Assembly (NCBI GenBank): GCA_027491735.1
Contig: JAOZGP010000041.1
Location: 1-12,904, forward strand
Length of the DNA stretch: 12,904 bases
Direction: 5' to 3'
Origin: Thermoproteota archaeon
GTDB lineage: Archaea; Korarchaeota; Korarchaeia; Korarchaeales; Korarchaeaceae
Numbering within the stretch: position 1 is the stretch's first letter; every line of letters starts with the position of its first letter. The notes beneath the pieces are model-generated. The model had not been told where the DNA came from. It saw nothing but the letters and a program-made list of their open reading frames with translations, and made no database searches. A program made the translations under genes and the position numbers. Shown piece after piece: positions 8,337-12,904 of this stretch.

Positions 8337-8639
8337 ATGGCCGATCTCGATGAGGAGATAAGGCTTGCATATAGCTCTGGTAAAGTTCTCGTAGGGTACA
8401 AAAGGACAGTAAAGGAGCTCAAAACTGGTAAGGATGAAGTAAAGCTGGTAATCATAGCCAAAAACGCACCAAAGAACATAAAAGACGAGATTACATATCT
8501 AGCTAAGCTCGCTGACGTACCAGTGGTGGAGTATCCTGGCAAGTCTCTGGAGCTCGGTAGAATACTCAGAAAGCCCTTCTTTGTCTCGTCTTTGGCCGTG
8601 ATAGATCCAGGAGAATCTTCCATACTCAAGATTACGTGA
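8337..8639 (+). CDS. rpl30e: Ribosomal protein eL30 (L30e)
   Basis: GKVLVGYKRTVK, KLVIIAKNAP, ELGRILRKPF and IDPGESSI motifs, in canonical position after rpo1. ATG 8337 follows GGGGGGTG; GTG 8319 is an alternative start. Confidence 0.96.
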   Translation: MADLDEEIRLAYSSGKVLVGYKRTVKELKTGKDEVKLVIIAKNAPKNIKDEITYLAKLADVPVVEYPGKSLELGRILRKPFFVSSLAVIDPGESSILKIT

Positions 8640-9124
8640 AGGAGGGGTCGCTGATACCTGAGAGGAAAATTTTCCTGAATCCCATACAGGTCAAGTACAT
8701 GACCCTCTTCGAGAACCTAGCGAGGGTTCCAGTGAAGGATGTAATCATAGATGATGAAGAAAACAGGCTGATCTTTCTTGTCGAGAAAAACTGTATAGGC
8801 CAAGTCCTTGGACGACGAGGGAGGAGGCTTAGAGCGATAAGAGAGGCACTCTGGATGGAGCTCAAAAAAGAGGTGGAGGTCGTCGAGTACGACGATAACC
8901 CCAAAAACTTCCTGAGGAATCTATTCAAACCTGCGCGAGTTGAGGAGGTGGTGATAAGGAGTACAGGCGGATTAAAGGTCGCATATATCTATGTCTTAAG
9001 AGAGGACAAGGGCATAGCTATAGGGAGAAACGGAAGGAAGATTAAACGTGCCAGGATAGTTGCCAAGAGATGGCTTGGGATAGACAACGTTAAAATAGGT
9101 GATGCTGAAAGATTAACCAGCTGA
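8636..9124 (+). CDS. nusA: Archaeal NusA (two KH domains)
   Basis: KH-type motifs IGQVLGRRG and KGIAIGRNG, plus VEVVEY; position between rpl30e and rps12. Start uncertain: GTG 8636 overlapping the rpl30e stop, or CTG/ATA at 8651/8654. Confidence 0.93.
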   Translation: MKEGSLIPERKIFLNPIQVKYMTLFENLARVPVKDVIIDDEENRLIFLVEKNCIGQVLGRRGRRLRAIREALWMELKKEVEVVEYDDNPKNFLRNLFKPARVEEVVIRSTGGLKVAYIYVLREDKGIAIGRNGRKIKRARIVAKRWLGIDNVKIGDAERLTS

Positions 9125-9134
9125 GACTGGGGGA

Positions 9135-9581
9135 ATGCCCATGACCAAGAAATCCCCGTTGGGACTATACGCCGCTCGCGTACTGAAAGAGAGATACAAG
9201 GAGAAGAGATGGCACTCTTGGAAGTATAGAAGGAGAGTTCTGAGACTTAAGGAGAGATTTGATCCCCTTGAGGGCGCTCCAATGGCGAGAGGGATAGTCC
9301 TGGAGAAGGTGGGTCTAGAGGCTAGACAGCCACACTCCGGATTGAGAAAGGCAGTTAAGGTGCAGCTTTCTAAGAACGGAGTTGTCGTCACAGCATTCGC
9401 TCCGGGAGATGGAGCTCTGAATGTCATAGAGGAGCACGACGAGGTGATCATAGAGGGGATCGGAGGTTCGCGAGGGAGGAGCATGGGAGATATACCAGGA
9501 TGTAGATATAAGGTGATAAAGGTCAACGGCGTGAGTCTCCAGGCGATCCTCTCCGGCAAAAAGGAGAAACCTACGAGGTGA
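9135..9581 (+). CDS. rps12: Ribosomal protein uS12 (archaeal S12/S23)
   Basis: [34 protein letters not shown] and GDIPG.RYKV motifs. ATG 9141 is an alternative start. Confidence 0.97.
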   Translation: MPMTKKSPLGLYAARVLKERYKEKRWHSWKYRRRVLRLKERFDPLEGAPMARGIVLEKVGLEARQPHSGLRKAVKVQLSKNGVVVTAFAPGDGALNVIEEHDEVIIEGIGGSRGRSMGDIPGCRYKVIKVNGVSLQAILSGKKEKPTR

Positions 9582-10207
9582 TGTCCTTGAGTGAAAGGGG
9601 AAGCCAAAGTCCAAAACTTTTTGGTATATGGAGTTTCGATGAGGTGGAGATAAAGAACCCGGCGATGAGACGAGTGATCTCCTTGAAGCCTGTCTACCTC
9701 CCGCACACCGGTGGCAGACATGAGCACAAAAGGTTTTGGAAGCTTCAGCTTCCAATCGTAGAGAGGTTAGTGAATAGGTTGATGAGCCAAGCCATGAACG
9801 CTGGCAACAAAAAAGATCGAATCAACAGCCGAAATCCTGGAAAGAAATTGAAGGCTCTTAGGACTGTTAAATTAGCCTTCAGGATCATTGAGCTAAGAAC
9901 CGGGAGAAACCCTATCCAAGTACTTGTTGATGCCATAGAGAACTCGCTTGTGAGAGAGGAGGTAACCAGGATAGTCTACGGAGGAGTCAGTTACTTCCAC
10001 TCAGTGGACACATCACCCACCAGGATGGTTGACTTGGCTGTAAGGTTCATAGCACAGGGAGCTGCCATGAAAGCGTTCAGGAGCATCACCAGCCTGCCAG
10101 AGGCCTTGGCTGAGGAGATAATTGCTGCTGCTGAGTATGACAGAAGTAAAAGCTATGCTATCAGAAGGAAGGAAGAGCTTGAGCGTATAGCCATGAGCAG
10201 TAGGTGA
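9581..10207 (+). CDS. rps7: Ribosomal protein uS7 (archaeal S7/S5)
   Basis: [35 protein letters not shown] and [12 protein letters not shown] motifs. Overlaps the rps12 stop (TGATG). GTG 9578 or TTG 9587 are also possible starts. Confidence 0.97.
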   Translation: MSLSERGSQSPKLFGIWSFDEVEIKNPAMRRVISLKPVYLPHTGGRHEHKRFWKLQLPIVERLVNRLMSQAMNAGNKKDRINSRNPGKKLKALRTVKLAFRIIELRTGRNPIQVLVDAIENSLVREEVTRIVYGGVSYFHSVDTSPTRMVDLAVRFIAQGAAMKAFRSITSLPEALAEEIIAAAEYDRSKSYAIRRKEELERIAMSSR

Positions 10208-10249
10208 ACCATTCTGGTTAGCCGTAACTTTTGTAGAGTTTGTAAATTG

Positions 10250-10357
10250 AATGAGAAAGTTCACAATATCATGGTAGGTGGAGAAGAGGTCATATAACCC
10301 TTTAGGGAATTCCTTGAGCTTGAATCTTGCAGTGAGCTTAATCGTCTCTGAGGACAT
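10250..10357 (-). pseudogene. tnpB: 5' fragment of tnpB
   Basis: MSSETIKLTARFKLK...DLFSTYHDIVNFLI overlaps the tnpA end, as expected for IS607 tnpB. It runs directly into the right end, so RuvC and zinc finger regions are missing. Confidence 0.7.
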
Positions 10358-10947
10358 TCTTTACCGCCCCTACAAGACGCTTTTTCTTATGAGATCTCAT
10401 TCCATAAAGTTTTCCAGCAAATGAAGTTACGATGGCCAACAAGTCCTCAACGAGTTCTTTTTCTGGCGCTTTCTCCTCATCATCAAAGATTACCTCAATT
10501 TCAACACCATGAGAGTTAAAGTACTATTCGAGGTATTTGAATCCAAAGCGTGTGAGCCTGTCCCTGTAAGTTATGACGACCTTCCCAACTCTTCCACCCT
10601 CAACTAATTTGAAGGGTTGTTTTAATCCCTTTCTGTTCTCATTCAAGCCTAATGAAATGCCGGTAAGGATTTTCACAACCTGATAACCCTTGTAGGGGCA
10701 GTAGTTTTTGAGGTATTCTGCTTGTCTTTCAAGATCTTCTTTTTTGGTCTCTGCTCGAAACTCTAGCATAAATGATGACTTTATCAAGAGTTTTGCCTTC
10801 AAGTATTCTTTTGATTTCACTTTCGGGTATACGGTATTCTCTTCCAACATGATATGCTTTAATCTCATCAGGTTTAATCTTTCTAATTAGTGTTGGTTTG
10901 CTGATGCCCAAGAGTTGTGATGCCTTACCCGTTCGATACAGCCTCAT
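10338..10947 (-). pseudogene. tnpA: IS607-family transposase TnpA (N-terminal HTH plus serine recombinase), disrupted
   Basis: KASQLLGISKPTL HTH, catalytic YARVSS, DLERQ, YRDRLTRFGF and ELVEDLLAIVTSFAGKLYGMRSHK. There is a frameshift in an A6 run (10740-10745) and an in-frame TAG (10524-10526). The natural stop TAA at 10338-10340 overlaps the tnpB start region. Confidence 0.92.
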
Positions 10948-11080
10948 ACAGCACTCCTCAAGAATAAATTATGAAATGAAAATATCTAAACTTTACACTT
11001 TTAACTATTTATGAAACAGCGATACATTTATGAAGATCCTCATGGAGATTTTTATCAAAGATACGTCGGAGGAGATTTTC

Positions 11081-11326
11081 TTGAGAGGACAAGGAGGTCT
11101 CACCTCTCCCCTTTCGTTTCTAAAACTGGCTCATGGCGGGGACGTCACCATCAGACTTAAGAACGGTATAGAGATTGTCGGAAAGCTTTCGGTATACGAT
11201 GAGATGATGAACTTGGTGATAACATCCGCCAAAGAGAGAGATCCCGAGACAAAAAAGATTCTAAGGAACATAGGTACATTGTTCATCAGGGGAAACAACA
11301 TACTCATGATAACCATAGAGGAGTGA
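11081..11326 (+). CDS. Sm-like (Lsm/SmAP) RNA-binding protein
   Basis: Sm1 motif (VTIRLKNG...GKLSVYDEMMNLVI) and Sm2 motif (LFIRGNNI). TTG 11081 is preceded by GGAGGAG; the ORF extends upstream to ATG 11030. Confidence 0.93.
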   Translation: MRGQGGLTSPLSFLKLAHGGDVTIRLKNGIEIVGKLSVYDEMMNLVITSAKERDPETKKILRNIGTLFIRGNNILMITIEE

Positions 11327-11411
11327 AAACTACCTCGAGAGAGGAAAGCATCTGGACAGATCTCAGGAGTTTACTGACTGAAAAATTGGTTCTCTCCCAT
11401 TTCAAAATTCT

Positions 11412-11690
11412 TCATCTCTTAAGGGCTGTTATCGTTTTTGTAGCAGTGATGTACCATCTTATCTGATCTCTGAACCATTTCCAGAACTGAACAAACGCGT
11501 CCATATCATCGGTCTCGAGAATTATGAATCCGTTATATGAGCTACCCCAAGCATGATCGAAAACCCCAACGAGCCTTATCTTTGAGGGCCAGCTCTCCAT
11601 GATCTCCTCCCATTGGGCACGTGCTTTTTCCTCCTCCTCGGGAGTTAGATATTTTAGTTTATAGAATATAAGGAAGAGATAGCTGGGCAT
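11412..11690 (-). CDS. Small hypothetical protein, possibly a dimeric alpha+beta barrel (ferredoxin-like) fold
   Basis: A 92-aa ORF with an apparent beta-alpha-beta-beta-alpha-beta pattern (YLFLIFYK / helix / RLVGVF / GFIILETDD / helix / TKTITAL) and SD-like GGTGG upstream. The fold call is inference. Confidence 0.75.
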   Translation of the reverse strand: MPSYLFLIFYKLKYLTPEEEEKARAQWEEIMESWPSKIRLVGVFDHAWGSSYNGFIILETDDMDAFVQFWKWFRDQIRWYITATKTITALKR

Positions 11691-11759
11691 TCGACCCACC
11701 CGGACCCACCGACGCTAGGGATAAGATAAAAAGATGAGCCCTCATGAAGAGGACTTCCA

Positions 11760-11831
11760 TGGGCCGGGTGGGACTCGAACCCACGACCTCCGCCTCGTAA
11801 GGGCGGCGTCATACCGCTAGACCACCGGCCC
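11760..11831 (-). tRNA. tRNA-Val(UAC), intronless, no encoded CCA
   Basis: GGGCCGG/CCGGCCC acceptor stem, CCGCC-CTTACGA-GGCGG anticodon arm, GTGGG-TTCGAGT-CCCAC T arm, discriminator A. Confidence 0.97.
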
Positions 11832-11838
11832 AAAAACA

Positions 11839-11911
11839 AGCCCCGAGGGGGATTCGAACCCCCGACCTGCCGCTTACAAGGCGGCCGCTCTGACCGCTGA
11901 GCTACCGGGGC
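11839..11911 (-). tRNA. tRNA-Thr(UGU), intronless, no encoded CCA
   Basis: GCCCCGG/TCGGGGC acceptor stem, GCCGC-CTTGTAA-GCGGC anticodon arm, GGGGG-TTCGAAT-CCCCC T arm, discriminator U. Confidence 0.97.
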
Positions 11912-11934
11912 TCGTGGGGTAAAAAGGCGTAACC

Positions 11935-11950
11935 ATATTTAATTTTACTT
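11935..11950. promoter_or_regulatory. AT-rich putative TATA region between the divergent tRNA-Thr and tfe genes
   Basis: ATATTTAATTTTACTT. On the - strand it reads AAGTAAAATTAAATAT, about 25-35 nt upstream of tRNA-Thr. Confidence 0.5.
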
Positions 11951-11980
11951 GCCCCCTCTAGATATCTTGGGAAAGGAGAT

Positions 11981-12538
11981 ATGTTCACCGACGTCATAGC
12001 CCTAACCATGGCAATAGGAGATAAGAGGCTCGCTGAAAAGATACTTGAGATCATGAACTTTGAGGAGGTGGAGGAAGGCGACCTAATAGAAGCCATGAGG
12101 ATGAAACCCTCTGAGCTCAGAAGGATCCTCTACATCATGCAGGAGGAGAACTTGGCCATAAGAACCAAGATTGATATAGACAGAGAGGAGGGAATAAGGA
12201 AAGTTTATTGGAAGCTGAACGGAAAAGAGTTCAGCAAGTATGTAGCCAAAAGGCTAAGAGAAGCCATAGATGACCTGAGTAGATATCTTCAAAAGCAGAA
12301 CGGGACGGAGTTTTACGTGTGTGCCTCTGACCCATCCCACAGGAGGATAACCCTGGACGAGATGATGAAAATTATCTCCTCGGAAAAGGGGGCTGTGTGT
12401 GACGTTTGTGGGGCTATGTTGGTGCCAGTGGATAAGGAAAGAGTGAAGAGAACTGTTGACGGCTACATAAGGATTCTCAAGGAGGCCTTGGAGATTTTTG
12501 AAGGGAGATTCAAATCGCATGGAGGGACAAGTTTTTAA
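11981..12538 (+). CDS. tfe: Transcription factor E alpha (TFE/TFIIE-alpha), divergent
   Basis: Winged helix (ELRRILYIMQEENL...VYWKL), a coiled segment and a zinc ribbon FYVC-x5-H...CDVCGAML..VD. 185 aa, with SD AGGAG. Confidence 0.85.
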   Translation: MFTDVIALTMAIGDKRLAEKILEIMNFEEVEEGDLIEAMRMKPSELRRILYIMQEENLAIRTKIDIDREEGIRKVYWKLNGKEFSKYVAKRLREAIDDLSRYLQKQNGTEFYVCASDPSHRRITLDEMMKIISSEKGAVCDVCGAMLVPVDKERVKRTVDGYIRILKEALEIFEGRFKSHGGTSF

Positions 12539-12540
12539 AT
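12523..12540 (+). promoter_or_regulatory. Putative BRE/TATA for tRNA-Ser, overlapping the tfe stop codon
   Basis: AGGGACAAG-TTTTTAAAT lies about 25-32 nt upstream of the tRNA 5' end. Confidence 0.6.
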
Positions 12541-12563
12541 CCCTTCCTTGTGGAGGTAGGGAT

Positions 12564-12651
12564 GCCGGGGTGCCCTAGCCCGGTAGGGGGCTGGCCTGCT
12601 AAGCCAGTGGCCCGTTGGGCCGCGTGGGTTCAAATCCCACCCCCGGCGCCA
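12564..12651 (+). tRNA. tRNA-Ser(GCU) with long variable arm and encoded CCA
   Basis: GCCGGGG/CCCCGGC acceptor stem, CTGGC-CTGCTAA-GCCAG anticodon arm, GGCCC-GTT-GGGCC variable arm, GTGGG-TTCAAAT-CCCAC T arm, G-CCA end. Confidence 0.97.
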
Positions 12652-12702
12652 TATCCTAAGCCAAAAAAATCCTCTACTATCGCTCTTTTCGACTGAAGGG
12701 TG

Positions 12703-12904
12703 TTAAAAATCGAGCTCGATTTTGTATAGCATCTCTATTTCGTATTTCGGTTCGAACTCTCAAACTCATTAGACCTGGAAGGACGATGGTGCCGCTGTAC
12801 TCGAAGGTCTTATCCAAGCCCTCTCCAAGCAGCCTTATCCTAGACGTTTTGTCCTTTCAGCTCAAGTTCAAGGTGATCCTCTCGGGCCTCGCCTCGATGT
12901 GCTC
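12703..12904 (-). pseudogene. 3' part of a probable disrupted gene of unknown function
   Basis: Reads EHIEARPERITLNLS*KDKTSRIRLLGEGLDKTFEYSGTIVLPG, then after a frame change EFEPKYEIEMLYKIELDF*. Codon usage looks genic, with an in-frame TGA at 12857-12859. Confidence 0.45.
12706..12723. repeat. Perfect 18-bp palindrome
   Basis: AAAATCGAG|CTCGATTTT, seen directly. Confidence 0.85.

Larger units (their letters stand above)
10209..11020 (-). mobile_element. Degenerate, internally deleted IS607-family element
   Basis: A HTH-serine recombinase tnpA pseudogene overlaps the 5' 36 codons of a tnpB-like gene, followed by a ~40-nt right end ending AGAATGG with ~9-nt-period repeats (TACAAACTC TACAAAAGT TAC). 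The putative left end is GCTGTTTCATAAATAG. The region is AT-richer than the flanking operon. End positions are approximate. Confidence 0.85.

Noticed and set aside
1326-9936. Many long antisense or alternate-frame ORFs within rpo2, rpo1, rpl30e, nusA, rps12 and rps7 (e.g. 3493-4272, 259 aa; 9113-9727, 204 aa)
   Set aside because: They fully overlap conserved genes, have Ser/Leu/Pro-rich shadow composition and show no recognisable motifs.
10524-10526. In-frame TAG as pyrrolysine recoding
   Set aside because: It lies in a frameshifted transposase, and a CAG>TAG change is simpler. TAG is used as an ordinary stop for rpo5 and rpo2.
10729-10750. A6 run in tnpA as a programmed frameshift
   Set aside because: A second lesion (in-frame TAG at 10524-10526) and the tnpB deletion indicate decay. 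IS607 TnpA is normally a single frame.
11654-12096. ORFs 11654-11839 and 11902-12096 on the - strand
   Set aside because: They overlap tRNA genes and tfe, and are spurious.
12857-12859. In-frame TGA as selenocysteine
   Set aside because: No redox motif context and no recognisable SECIS, and an apparent frameshift follows. A TGG>TGA nonsense change is more likely.
1-12904. CRISPR array, rRNA or tRNA introns
   Set aside because: No regularly spaced repeats or rRNA-like sequence were seen, and all three tRNAs fold without insertions.

Overview
Core informational region of a probably thermophilic archaeon. Unsplit rpo2, a single fused rpo1 and AGG/AGA/ATA-rich codons are compatible with Korarchaeia or another TACK lineage with unsplit RNAP genes (inference). 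The + strand carries the operon rpo5(H)-rpo2(B)-rpo1(A'+A'' fused)-rpl30e-nusA-rps12-rps7. A decayed, internally deleted IS607-family element follows immediately, then an Sm/Lsm gene, a convergent small hypothetical gene, tandem tRNA-Thr(UGU)/tRNA-Val(UAC), TFE-alpha, tRNA-Ser(GCU) and a probable pseudogene fragment. A second IS607-type right end probably lies at the window start. The most unusual signals lie inside the housekeeping genes. The RNA polymerase has many substitutions in normally near-invariant active-centre elements (bridge helix, trigger loop, F-loop, Rpo2 motifs), the A'/A'' junction retains an SD+ATG, Rpo5 has a very basic N-terminal tail, and uS12 has PHSG instead of PNSA. 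Consensus comparisons are from memory, no searches were run, and these traits may be lineage-wide rather than new.
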